NCBI GenBank assembly: GCA_003344405.1
Contig: NOWV01000138.1
Coordinates: 124,001-188,000 of the forward strand
DNA: 64,000 nt
Direction: 5' to 3'
Origin: Trichoplax sp. H2
Taxonomy: Eukaryota
The translations under genes were made by a program, and so were the position numbers. Under the pieces are notes generated by a model, which was not told the DNA's origin, did not search any database, and saw nothing but the letters and a program-made list of their open reading frames with translations. Numbering within the stretch: the stretch's first letter is position 1; each line of letters starts with the position of its first letter. Positions 14,245 to 27,211 of the stretch are shown here, piece by piece.

Positions 14245-17200
14245 CATAAGAATTGGCCGATTGTTATTAAGTCTAATATTTGGATTATTTTATATTTAAT
14301 CAACTAACTACGAATATTACCGATTCGATATGCGAGTATATTGAAATTTCATAATGTTCTATTATGGTATAATATTATAACAGTGAGGAGGTAGTATATT
14401 GTAGCCGTTATGTACTCGTACATACATATTAGAATAAATCTCATATAATATTGTACTCGTATTCTACTATATGGTAAGGATAAAATAAAGCGCTAACATC
14501 TACAATAATTCTTGTCTCTTGTCAATTACTTGGGCAGTAGATATTAAGCAGTAAACTTTTTTAATTTCCGTTGACCAGTTATTTCTTCAACAAATATTAT
14601 ATTCACTTAATCGAATTTGAATGAGAATGAGTGAATAAATATAATGAGGACAAATTTATGAATGAAATGATTGCAGAAAAATTCTCTAAAAAACAGCAGG
14701 ATAGCTTGAATCCCAAGGCGATAATTATCATCGGAACGGTAGCTAATGCGAAATATCTACCAGCAAAAATTTGCCAATAAGTTTGCCATACGATCAGCAA
14801 GGGGAAAATGATTTTTCCTTAGGTTAACAGTATCAACTTTTACAATAACTTAACATGTAATCCAAAAAGTATCCGAGAACATCATTGGTGTAATATATGT
14901 AATGCTGATCCTACCTCGGAAGTTTATCTTAAATCAGAGAGAGTCTGAAAGTGCGGCCTAAATCGAAGATTTATCACTTTAAAAGTAAATGATAGAAATC
15001 TGAATTAATACTAAAACAAATTCAAGGAAAAGTTTTATTCAAATTAGGGTTGCTTGATTTAGAATTACAGTGGCGATGTAAATAAGTTCAACTTGGTGTT
15101 TTTTTATTATTAATTCTCGTGCCTTGGATATAGCTTTCCTTACTTAAGCAATAGCAATCGTGCATTAAAACTGCAATCCTTAATTCATGTGGTGAGTTCA
15201 CTTGCCTAGTAACCCTTGATAAGCGATACCACACACTCTCTCTTAGCTCCTTTAGAATAATAACGTGCTTTTGAATTGGTAATTAAGTAACTTACATAAT
15301 AAAGGCGGTACATAGCAATGAATAGATTAGCTTGGTATGTCCTCATCTACATATATGATAGTTCACTAGTTACAGTAATAAATTTTTTACGTCAACTTTA
15401 ATAGCTAGAAGTTTTGGGAATGTAGCTAGGGTTAAAAAATGTAAAATTTTACTTAAAATGGAATAAAATTTACTCTAAATCGAAGATAGTATAGATCGTT
15501 TTCTCAAAATTAAAATCTTTATGTCTGGAAAAGTACCTGTATTATCGCTATACTAAAAATATATTAACAGATTTGCTAGGGTCATGCAATTTATAGCAAG
15601 TAGCAGATTGCATTTCGTTATGCTTTTATACCTGGTACAGATACTAGAGCTTAATATTCTATAATACTGTATAAAGACAGCTGCAAAGTAGAAATATCGC
15701 AGTTGGCAAAATAGGCTTGAAATGTAAGTATAATTATTTAATCGACATAACTAGTATGCTTGTTCGATGATCAGTTTTCAGACATATATTTCAGCATAGA
15801 AATTATAACTGGTAAGATTTGAGTAATAAAGTTTATCCAACACTGTTTTTGTTCATCTTTCGGAATATAATATAAAGATATTTAAGATAACTATACGATT
15901 ACGTTGATAACTATAATATAGTTTAACTTAGTACGGTGTGGTACACGAGGTAGACTAAACTCTTTCGATTCCATCCAAAATGTCTTATTTAAAGGAGAAA
16001 TTGAAACATTTATGAATTATAGCCGCTATAACAATTAAAATTGGCATAAATCGAAATGATAGAGCCTTGGTACTTTACGTTTAGGTTGATCAAAGACATA
16101 CTAGATGAATTCATCATAATACTAATCTCCGTGAATCGCCTAACAGGAAATGTTGCAATACTTTTATACCAACGGCAATTCTTATCCACAAAATATCGGT
16201 TAGCTGTTTTTTTGTGAGAGTTTTAACCAGCGTAGAAGCGATCAAAGATTCATAGTCAACTAGAATTGCCCTAAAACTTAAAATTGAGCGAAAAAACAAC
16301 AACAAGCAAATAAACACTTTCGTAGCAACGAAATCTACTTCATTAAATATAGCAACAACGTAACATTGAGAATGAGCTGCTTCACAATAACTGTTTTAGC
16401 TATAACATTTATTTAGTCGCTTTGTTATTACCGTAAAATTACTGATTATGCTCTCCTGCTAATATGCCTTACCTACATATGATACGAGAACAACTTAATA
16501 AGATGATTAGCGGGGGGTAGTAACCATAATAACAGTGTTTCCGATAATATCACAGCAAGCCAGCAATCATGAAAGGTAGATAATGGTCTGTTTACTAGCT
16601 CGAAAGGTAGAAATTACATCATTGCAAGCTATTAAGGATCTTACAATATCATATTTGTCCTTGCCTAACACGTGGAGAAGAATTTTAACATTCATTTATT
16701 GAATTACCTATACTTGCAGGAACAATCTTAAAATAAAATAAAGAAATTTAATGATTAAGGATTCTATCGGGCTTTCGATGAATTATTTAAAATTTGTTGT
16801 TAAGATAAATGACATACTAGTACGTATTCTACTATAGTAAACCTAGCAATCTCAAAAATTACTTTAGCCAATACTGCTATTTACTGTCGATTTAAACTTA
16901 TGGCCTTAACAATCAATCATGAGTTGCGCTCTTTACAGTATCTTTTATATAAATTCCTTATCCCGTCAATGAAAGGAGAAACAGAATGCGAACAGCGGCA
17001 AAAAGCAGTAACTTAGTTACATTTTCATAGCAAGATTGAAAAAATAATCCAGTACGTTGACATTTGTAACGATTTCGCAAGGTTTCACTTACATCTCTTC
17101 CAATATTTTCACATATAGGTAGTTCTATGTTGCGGCAAACCATTTTGGGATCCATACGGTTTTAAAGACAGGTTATTACACGAGAGGATCTATTCATGGC

Positions 17201-18663
17201 ATCAAAGTAGTAATAATCATAGCTTGCCAGGCGATAATATCCTATCACTTAACACATAGCGTGGCATACAGAGAGATTTACGCTCTGAAAGTCAGCAGTA
17301 TACATTAAATTAAAATTACAATGATAACTCTGTTTATTGTGGATACTCTATAGTACTGATACTTGATTGATAATCTTATACAATACATTTAATTAGTTTC
17401 TAACGTCTTTTTCTTTAGATGTCTCTATTTCTAATTATGCAGCATCTACTATTCTGAGAAAAACATGATAATTTTCCTCTTTTTCCATATTAATGATTCC
17501 TAGAAGGCGCGATGCATACCGCATCCACGCCGAAATACGCGTACTAAGCAATAAAGGTAAAATTTCTCTTGACATCACGTTCATTAACCTAAGTAAGACA
17601 AGAAACAACTTCGTAAACATTTTTTTATCAGTATATTTTAATCACAAATTAGCAAAATGATTCGTATAACATATGCAGAGGTCACTGAAAAATTAATAGA
17701 TTGTAATATAAAAAATAGTTCACTTAAATATCTTAGTAAAGCTGTAATGTCATTAGCTATTATGGGCGCTATGCAGATAGCATTGGCTGTACCTTTGGCT
17801 ATGCAATCTTTTAATGTAAAGGAAATGGCAATTCTTAGTTGTTTGTCTCGATAAGATGGTTAGGTAAAGGATAAGCGTCTTGTGATTTATATCCTACTGC
17901 GTAGTACAACTTGAAACTAATAATTAGTAAGCGCCTAAAGTTGCAGTAATCGTCCGTTCTATTTGAAAAATTGCGATTAAATCGATTGTTACGGGGATAG
18001 GCTACTAGTTACAGTAGTTCATGTATTTTCGATCTGATTTACGCGAATACTGTAAAGAGCATAAATCTAGGATATCCCCTGCACACACATGTCATATAGT
18101 AAGCATTCTTGCTAAATATATCGCATCTTTTATATTTAAGTTTACGGCTTGTTAAAAATTGAGATTCACAAGGAGAAAATTATACTAAAAGATCATATAC
18201 TTGTATGTCTTAATGGTCGACTTATTTGTATTCTATTCATGATACAAATAGTTTATTTATCCAGCTCATTTCTTGACCGTCCAAAAAGCTAAGAGCGAGG
18301 AATACAATTCTACTTTGGATAACTACGATGTTTATTTTTGTACTACTTGTGATTAACGTCGGAAAAGACTAACAATTTAAGGTAGCCATAAAATTAGAAA
18401 GTGATGTCCAAATAAATCAGTCGCTGTACATTTATAGTACGTACTTGATTCACTTTTTACCTTCATGAACGTTTAAGAAATAGCTAGGAAGCATATACAG
18501 TAAGATAATGTAGTTGTGAATTTTCTTATAATGTCATGCTTCATATGCAATACGTTCTAATTCATTTGAACGGGTATTTAGCTAGTAATAGTACCGTAAT
18601 AATTAATTGAAGGTATATAACACGGTTTTGAATTACTTGCAAACACTGCAGTTCAAACCATTC

Positions 18664-18709
<46 letters not shown>
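18664..18709. repeat. (TAT)n microsatellite, about 15 units
   Basis: Direct reading. Confidence 0.95.
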
Positions 18710-21315
18710 GAAGCATATCCAATCTTCTAGTTCACTTCAACGACACAATAGCAAGTAGAATTGGCTGTTGAGATGTTATTGATTTTTTAGATATCGTTAC
18801 TATTTTTATGATACAATTTTTAGTTGATTTTGAATTATTAATAAGTTGCACTTCCGCCAAAACTTTCACCATAACATTTACCGATATTTAGATCGAATAG
18901 TTTTAATTCAGTTGAATGTATGTAAGTATTTTCTGCCTATCAATACTCGGAGATAAATATCGTAATCTATATTTAATCATGCCTATCTTGAGATAATCCT
19001 AGTCCTAATAAAATAAATTGATATCATTCTAATTGATGCCGAGTATTGATATCTGTGGCTATTGAATAATCATTCATCGATGCCTCAATTTTTTTTAATT
19101 ACGAAGCTTTATTGTATTATAGTAAAGAGTGTTTACTGGATCTTAAATTCTAGACTAAATTTTCTCTTCGATATTGCTACCTTTACACACGAAAAAATAA
19201 AGGATAATGTTCTATAACGGTTTACAAACAATATTGTAATCGTATTTATATGAAAGTTTGTGATCGATGATGTTGCAGAGAACTTGTTGTGTGGAATGGC
19301 AATTTAGATTAAAATCCCAATAGTTTAAGTTTACAAGCTGAAATACTCGTTTTGGGGGATACGTGTCATGGGCGAATAACGTATTAATCCGTTCACTGCT
19401 GCATACTGCACTCACGCTGCAAATTAATTCAAGCAGATTATTCTAGGCGCAGTATTGTATGATATTGTCTATCAAGTGCAAAGAATTCGTTATATAAAAA
19501 TAAGATTGAATGTATAAAATAGACTATTGGCAGTAGAGAAGGTAATTTATGCGGACGATACCAAGCAAGAAATGTATTAAAAGGAAGTTCAATTGATTGG
19601 CGATGCTGTGATAATCTGATTCTAGTAAATCTTATTTAAATTCAAGATTAGCAAAATACACGAATTTTGTTCTGATTCTATCACATATTTGTGTTCAATA
19701 GAAGATTTTGCTTTATACTATAAATTAGGATACCATCCAAATTTAATTAAAACTGCTAAACTGCAGAATGAACCTCATACCTATAAGTCAGACTAATTAT
19801 AATCATGGGCGCGTTTGCTCTCGATATTTATAGAGAAACATACGTACCGGTAAGTTGTAAAGTAGATTTTAAGCAAGATATAAGAATGAATAAGGTCATG
19901 GTAAATGATCTTCTTGTTGAAGATACGGTAAATCTTAAGAAAGCTGTAATTATCGTCGACGAAGCTTCAGTAATGAATTTTAACATGTTTCGAGTGAAAT
20001 TTTGTCACAAACTGCAATACTATCTCATCTGGAAGTAAGCTAAATCTAAGACAATTCAATCGATAAAAAGAACTATTCCAGTTTAAGTTTTTCTTGAAGC
20101 AAATTCAATTTCGTAATGACAGACTTAATATAAAAAAATGCATTAGACTAGCAACGTGCTCTCACTGAGTACGGCATTCTACTCCAATTTGATGCTGGGA
20201 TGCACTACTGGATGCTCTCGTTGGTATAATATTTAGTAGTCCACGGTGCTAGTAGCTATTCGGTGTCAGCACCATTTCATTGCTTCTTCAGCCTCAAACC
20301 ATTAATTTACTTATAGAGATTGCCATGAATTCTTCATTTACATTTAATTTCTTTCAAATACTGTGCTAATTAATTTGTACAATATATTTATGAAACAAAT
20401 AACAAAGTGGAATAAAGAAAAAGTGGTTTATTATTCAAAACTCTAAGCATAAATAACTGACTGTGATGGAGGGTTCGAAGAGTCTGCGGATGTAGACTCC
20501 TTAGGCATTTCACAATAATTATACGAGGGGTTATTAGAAAAAGAGATATTTAATGTAGAGAATAACTAGATACAGTGTGGTAGTTAGTCGTAGATCAGTG
20601 CATAAGCTGTCGAGAAGTAACATGTGTAGAATACTAACACTAACAAGTGTAACTGAATCAATCTGAGGCAGAAATCATCAGAAATCATCAGTATTACTGA
20701 ACCAATCTGAGGCAGAAATCATCAGTATTTATAATTTTAGAGAGAGAACATATGAAGAGAAGAGGATTGTAGAATTAGATACACCATATACCTTAAACAG
20801 GCTATATGATAGTAAATGGTTGTAGGAAATAGCAAAGACTGTAGGTGCTATAAATGCCTAAATATGGCAAGCTATATTTGAGCATAGTTGAAATAGACTA
20901 TAGAACTAAATACCCTACATACTACGACACAAATAGTTAATCTATACCACGTAGAGGTACGTATATTCAGAACATAACAAAATATCTGTATTAAAGAACA
21001 TGTCTAAAAACTACAGTAAAAACTAAATACACTACGCCGGCATTAGCTAAGAATTTCGTAGACAATATAGATTCAATACGCAAGTCAATGCACAAGGCAC
21101 GGTGGAAAAAGTAAACGATAATGTATAGTTCTGAAATCCACCTTATACCTACAGTATACACTACATTTCTTCATTAAAATAGGACATTTAATAAAGGCAC
21201 GTTATGACTTACAGATTGGTCATACTACTGTATAATCGGCATTACAAAAATGAGATAGTCTAACGATGAACTATGTGATAATCGACAAAGGCTCTTGTTA
21301 CTTAGAATGAAGTTG

Positions 21316-22003
21316 TTATTCTAATTTCGAGCTTTCCTGCAGCATATTTTCAATATGATCACAGTATGCATGCGATAAGAAAAAGCGCGAAGAATTTTGC
21401 ATACAACATCCCCATTCGAAAGCTTTCTTTCGATAAAATTCAAACTCTTTGTCCTGAATATTGATTTCAGATGTTTCATCAGGATATTGCCTATGTGCTG
21501 CTGCATAAGCTAACAGTAAATCAACTGGGCCTGATGTGGTTATTTCCTTCGTCCAGTCGCTTATGGACGGAAGATTGCTAAAATCTCTGCATGTACTGCC
21601 TAGCAGAATAATTGCGGGAGATTCTTTTTGTAAAGAAGAAGGACAAACATTCTGATATTTTGACGAAGTCGCTTCAAAGTAGAGATAGATCTCATGTTCC
21701 AGCTGATAATTTCTATCTTTGCTCTTTAGCTGAACATGCATAACGATAGGAATACCATAAGACAGTGCCGCTTCCGTGATTACTTTTGCCGTCCAAAAGC
21801 ACGGTATACACTTGAGCTTGCGATGCATTACTACAAAGTCTGCCGAGATCATTTGTTTTATACTCTCTTCTAACTTTAATTGATAGGCTAACTCCTGAAC
21901 AAATTGCACTGAGTGTTCGGATAGATTCTGTCTTAATCGAGCTACTAGCTTATTAGCAAACGTAGATCCTACACTGCTAATTTCTTTGATTTTTTTGGTA
22001 TTG
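21316..22003 (-). pseudogene. 5'-truncated paralog of the orphan gene, still open for about 228 codons
   Basis: TKKIKEISSVGSTFANKLV...FFLSHAYCDHIEN is roughly 70% identical by eye to the C-terminal half of 12973-14244. Homology stops abruptly near 22000, and there is no authentic start codon. Confidence 0.85.
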
Positions 22004-22341
22004 TAACGATGCAAGACCAAGCTTTTGTAAGACAATAATATTACTTTCACTAAATTCAATAATATTTCTGACTACAGCAGTTGCTTTATTTTGGTTACGA
22101 CACGCTACGATAAATCCTAGCTCCTCGTTTACCTAAATCGATAGCCATTTCTTTCCCGATACCAGGTATTGCCACCAGTAATCAAGTCAGCCTTGTTAAT
22201 TATCGAGTCGAGCTTTACTGCGGCAAGAACCACCTTGCATGTACTGTAGCATCTTAATAGAAAGAGGAAAATGCTAATGATACCAACAGCAGAGGCAATT
22301 TCAGGTACAATTGTCATGATTATAGTTTGATATTTAACCAT
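22001..22341 (-). pseudogene. Degraded 5' half of an RDH-like SDR gene
   Basis: Stitched reading with frameshifts: MTIVPEIASAVGIISIFLFLLRCY...ITGGNT/GIGKEMAIDLGKRGAR/IVACRNQNKATAVVRNIIEFSESNIIVLQKLGLASLQ, matching the neighbouring SDR N-termini. Confidence 0.85.
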
Positions 22342-23840
22342 TTGGTTTCAGTTTGATATTTCAATCTACAGTACAAGAGGAAAAGATAGTCGTTGTGTCA
22401 TCGTTTATAATCGATTTTCTAATCATTGTTAATTGCAGCACTGTTGAGATTTGTTGCTGTACTACTGCGTAGAAAACTAAGCTCAATTAATGATAAAAGA
22501 ATACGTGTCGAGATTAGATGAGAATTGGACGATCGAAAGGGAAATCTTCAACGTTTACTTCCCTATTCTGTTATACAGGGAAGAAATCACCTTCAATGAA
22601 CTACTACATTATGGGAGTTCTTCTATCATACGGGACAGCACACCTAGTAGAGCCTCGCGAATGAGATATGTTGAATAATAGAGTTTTGTATGATAGGATC
22701 GCGTTGCAATTTGTAAACGGACTTACTGAATGCTTTCAGAAGCTAGGTGATCTAGATCTAACGGGAAATTATTTACTTACTACTTTGAAACAGTAGTAAA
22801 TTCTCTTCTCGAAAGTAGATTGACATTTGTTTACTTTCTAAATTGCTACTTCTGCTACAGTACCATCCATGGTCTGTGGGCTAGTAGTAGTCTGTGACAA
22901 AGTAGCAGTAGCTAGCTTTAGCAGCTCTAAGATACTTTCAAAGTTTTGGCTAATTTCGATTGAAATGTTCGTACTGTTTAAGATCTGCTGGTCTGCTACC
23001 CATAAACGACATAAAACTCGAATAATGATTGCAGTCATAACGATATCGTACACGATTCAATAGAGCAAGTATTCCATACGGAGTGTACAAAAAGCTTTCT
23101 GGATAATACCGGCATATTTCATGGTAAATTGCTGTCTTAAATTAGGATAAAATTACTGCCTGTGTTGAATTTTTATAACAGTGTTACTGTAATCATAATA
23201 TGCCTGAAAGAAGGGTTGAAAAATTGGGCAACAACAGTGATAATTGCTTTATCATGACGACATAGTATTGAACTAGTAGACTGTAGAAGTGTTAAGATAT
23301 TAGGATATGGAAACCTTTGCAGTTACCTTCTATACATGCTTATGGTGCTCGATCGGTTGAAATGAATTTATTATTGTTCCATAAAGTAACATAATTAGAT
23401 GAGCATGAGAGCATTAACTATCAGCATAATAAATCATTTCGGTCATTTAAGTAAATTTTAATTTTCTTTTCTTTATTGGGATTGTTTCTCTATCGTACAG
23501 CCACAGAATTTGCGAATTTAAATGACAACTAAGAAGGGTGTCATTTTAGTTTTAGATTCAAGTTCTATCTTGAAAATCCTTGCTACTGTAGTAAGCCCAT
23601 AGAGTGACAATATGGTAATATTATTTATCATTTCCTTGTCATCCTTTACCATGAATACATCTATCAGATCTACAGTATAGTAGTTGAAATAGAAACTAAC
23701 AGGAATTGTAGTAAATACACTTCTACCTAATTTTTAGCATAGCATAGTCATTGATGGCTGAAGAAGCGAATGGCGTAGTAAGGCTTCTGCAGCATTTTAT
23801 TCATGTAAATGATACACTTTATATCGTGATCCACATAATT

Positions 23841-24812
23841 TTACGAATCCCGACTCGAGAATCCAGTCCATTCTTCGCTTACTTCCCACAATTTTTTTGC
23901 CACGCCATCATCACAAGCTTGCGGTGCACAGTCTTTCTGACGGCAGTCAGCAAAGTATTCACCAGTTACTCCATTTAATGACTCATCGACTGCACAAAAG
24001 ATGGTGGTTTGAGCTCCTTGTTTGGATGTTTTCAGTACAAGCCAAAATAAGGGTGCTAATAAAAAATTGAAAAGGCCGACTTGATAGATAGAGAAATGGC
24101 GAAGAAGATCGGTATGAACTACGCCTGGATGTAACGAATTGGCAGTAACACCAGTGCCTTGTAATCTATGAGACAACTGACGAACAAATAAAACATTGGC
24201 CAGTTTACTTTGAAAATATGCAGTGTAAGGGTTGTAATTTTGGGGGTTATTTAAATCATGGAAATTCATTTTGCCACGTCGATGAGCTTTGGAACTGACA
24301 ACGACAATTCTGCTTGGTGTACAGGCTTTCAATTTATCTAATAATAAATTCGTTAATAAAAAGTGGCCTAAATGATTGGTCCCAAATTGCATTTCAAATC
24401 CATCTGCAGTTTGCGTGTACGGGCACATCATCACGCCAGCGTTATTAATTAAAATGTCTAGACGAGCTTCATTCTCGTTAAAATGCTTGGCAAAATCACG
24501 TACAGATTGGAACGATGCAAGATCGAGTTTTCGAAAGACAACATTGCTATTTCCACTTAACTTAATAATATCTCTAATAGCATCCATGGCTTTACTTTCA
24601 CTACGACAAGCTAAAATAATTCGAGCACCTCGTTTAGCTAAATCGATAGCCGTTTCTTTACCGATGCCAGTATTGCCACCAGTAATAATAACTGTTTTAT
24701 GATCCAGTCGAGCTTGACTACGACATGAGCCACCTCTCAAATAGCATCTTAAAAGGAAGATTGAAACACCAGTGATCCCAACAACCGCTGCAATTTCAGT
24801 AGTCGATAGCAT
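23841..24812 (-). CDS. Retinol dehydrogenase 11/12/13/14-like SDR, intronless, intact (start at MLSTTEIAAV)
   Basis: N-terminal membrane anchor, TGGNTGIG, ACR, NNAG, TNHLGHF, catalytic YFQSK, GAQT. ATG at 24812; the longer ORF call starts at a non-ATG codon within the repeat. Confidence 0.93.
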   Translation of the reverse strand: MLSTTEIAAVVGITGVSIFLLRCYLRGGSCRSQARLDHKTVIITGGNTGIGKETAIDLAKRGARIILACRSESKAMDAIRDIIKLSGNSNVVFRKLDLASFQSVRDFAKHFNENEARLDILINNAGVMMCPYTQTADGFEMQFGTNHLGHFLLTNLLLDKLKACTPSRIVVVSSKAHRRGKMNFHDLNNPQNYNPYTAYFQSKLANVLFVRQLSHRLQGTGVTANSLHPGVVHTDLLRHFSIYQVGLFNFLLAPLFWLVLKTSKQGAQTTIFCAVDESLNGVTGEYFADCRQKDCAPQACDDGVAKKLWEVSEEWTGFSSRDS

Positions 24813-24828
24813 ATTGACGATTTGATCA

Positions 24829-25290
24829 AGTAATACCAATGAGACTATTTTGATCGACCACGACAGATTAATGATCAGTAGTGGAATGGACTTTTAATTC
24901 CTGTATAGTAACTAGACCACAGTAATTTTGCTTTTTCAGTCTAGTAATAGCAATGAGACTATTTCGATCGAACACGACAGATTAATGATCAGCAGTGGAA
25001 TGGACTTTTAATTCCTGTATAGTAACTCCAACACCACAATAATTTTGCTTTTTCAGTCAAGTAATACCAATGAGACTATTTCGATCGACCACGACAGATG
25101 AACGATCAGTAGTGGAATGGACTTTTAATTCCTGTATAGTAACTAGACCACAGTAATTTTGCTTTTTCAGTCTAGTAATACCAATGAGACTATTTCGATC
25201 GAACACGACAGATTAATGATCAGCAGTGGAATAGACTCTTCATTCCTGTATAGTAACTACAACACCACAGTAATTTTGCCTTTTCAGTCT
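24829..25290. repeat. Tandem repeat, about 115 bp x4, directly upstream of the minus-strand SDR
   Basis: The unit agtaataccaatgagactatttcgatcg...gctttttcagtc recurs near 24829, 24943, 25060 and 25174. Confidence 0.92.
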
Positions 25291-25794
25291 ACGATAGGAT
25301 TGCGACTTTGTTGGGGGGTCTGCAGATGCCAACTTCCTCTTTCGAGCAAGAAGTGTTGTAATTGATTTTTGCACTAAACTGACTAAAGGGCAGCGTATGA
25401 AAGTCGATTCTTTCTAACAAGGTCAATAGGAAGCAGCAGAAAGCAGGACTGTTCCAAGTTGTAAGCTACAACTAGTCTAAAAGCTTATGCAGAGATTTTG
25501 GGATATGCTGTAAAAAGGTCATGAACCGAAATAATATGCACTAGTTGTTTGTGCATTTGTATTGTCTGCCTGTTTCGTCGTCGTCTACGTTGCTGACTAA
25601 ATAGTCGAGGGATCTAATGTACACTACAGACCCTTAATGGTAAAAGACTCTAATGTACACTAGTTGTTTGTGCATTTGTAATGTCTATCTGGTTTGTGAA
25701 AGTAAACGTTGCTGAATAAATACTCTTATTTCCCTTAGGATGTTTTCCACTCCTTTTTCCGTAGTCTTCCATCAACGACGCTTAAATAACGTAA

Positions 25795-26162
25795 TGAATA
25801 GAGTTGAATAACGCAGGAAACAGTCTAGTATTTTAACAGTAAAATCCATACTAGTTTACCTGTGTACCCTATTTAAACAAATAACCTACTAAACAGAGTT
25901 GAGTAATACATAACTAGACCGTCTTTTAACTGAATCTGATCTACTTTGCCTATGTACCCTATTTAAACAAATAACCTACTAAACAGAGTTGAATAATGCA
26001 GGAGACAGTGTAGTATTTTAACAGTAAAATCTGATCTAGTTTGCCTATGTACCCTATTTAAACAAATAACCTACTAAACAGAGTTGATAATACAGGAGAC
26101 AGTCTAGTATTTCAACAGTAAAATCTAATTTAGACTGGTTTACGTGTTTACCCTATCTAAAG
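25795..26162. repeat. Tandem repeat, about 90-96 bp x4, upstream of the SDR at 26232
   Basis: The unit agagttgaataatgcaggagacagt...gtaccctatttaaacaaataacctactaaac recurs. Confidence 0.9.
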
Positions 26163-26231
26163 CAACGCCATTTTGTTGTTTATTTGCAATTCAAACTCTT
26201 CCTTTTACCGGCGTTGCAACTGCTAAACTCA

Positions 26232-27211
26232 ATGATGGTCAACATGCCATCGACTCCTGAAATTGCTGCTGTAGTTGGTATCACTGCGATTTCTTTCGGA
26301 CTACTACGATATTTTGTGCAAGGTGGTATCTGTCGTAGTAAAGCTCGTCTGGATAACAAGACAGTCATTATTACCGGAGCCAACACTGGTATCGGGAAAG
26401 AAACAGCCATTGATTTAGCTAAACGAGGCGCTAGAATTATTGTAGCTTGTCGTAATGAAAGTAAAGGGACGACAGCTGCCAAAGAAATTATTCAATTAAG
26501 CGGTAATACTCAAGTTGTCTTTCGAAAGCTCGATCTAGCATCATTTCAATCCATACGTCATTTTGCTAATCATTTTAACGAGAATGAAGATCGTCTGGAT
26601 ATTTTAATTAATAATGCTGGCGTTTTATGGTGTCCGTATATGGAGACTGAAGACGGATTTGAAATGCAATTTGGAACCAACCATTTAGGCCATTTCTTAT
26701 TGATTTATTGTTGGATAAGTTAAAGGCATGTGCACCAACTAGGATCGTTGTAGTATCATCACAAGCGCATTTCCATGGCAAGATGAATTTCGATGATTTA
26801 AATGGCAAGAAAAATTACAATTCTTACACGGCTTATTTCCATAGTAAACTGGCCAATGTCTTATTTGCACATGAATTAGCTAGAAGATTACAAGGGACTG
26901 GTGTGACAGCTAATTCATTACATCCAGGTGCAGTCAAGACTGATATTGCTCGTCATTTATCAATCTATCAAAACAGCTTCTTGAACATTCTAGTACAGCC
27001 TCTTTATTGGCTTTTCATGAAAACGGCAAAGCAAGGAGCACAAACATCAATTTATTGTGCAATCGATGAATCTATCGATGGTGTTACCGGTAAATACTTT
27101 GCCGATTGTCGAGAAACAAAGTGTTTACCACAAGGACGTGATGATGGAGCTGCTAAAAAATTGTGGGAACTAAGTGAAGAGATGACTGGACTTTGCAAAA
27201 ACCAAGAATAA
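26232..27211 (+). pseudogene. RDH-like SDR copy with a 4-bp frameshift deletion
   Basis: Nearly identical to 29555-30538, but reads ttattg-a-tttattg near 26703 versus ttattg-accaa-tttattg, which splits the ORF before the catalytic YxxxK. Confidence 0.85.
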
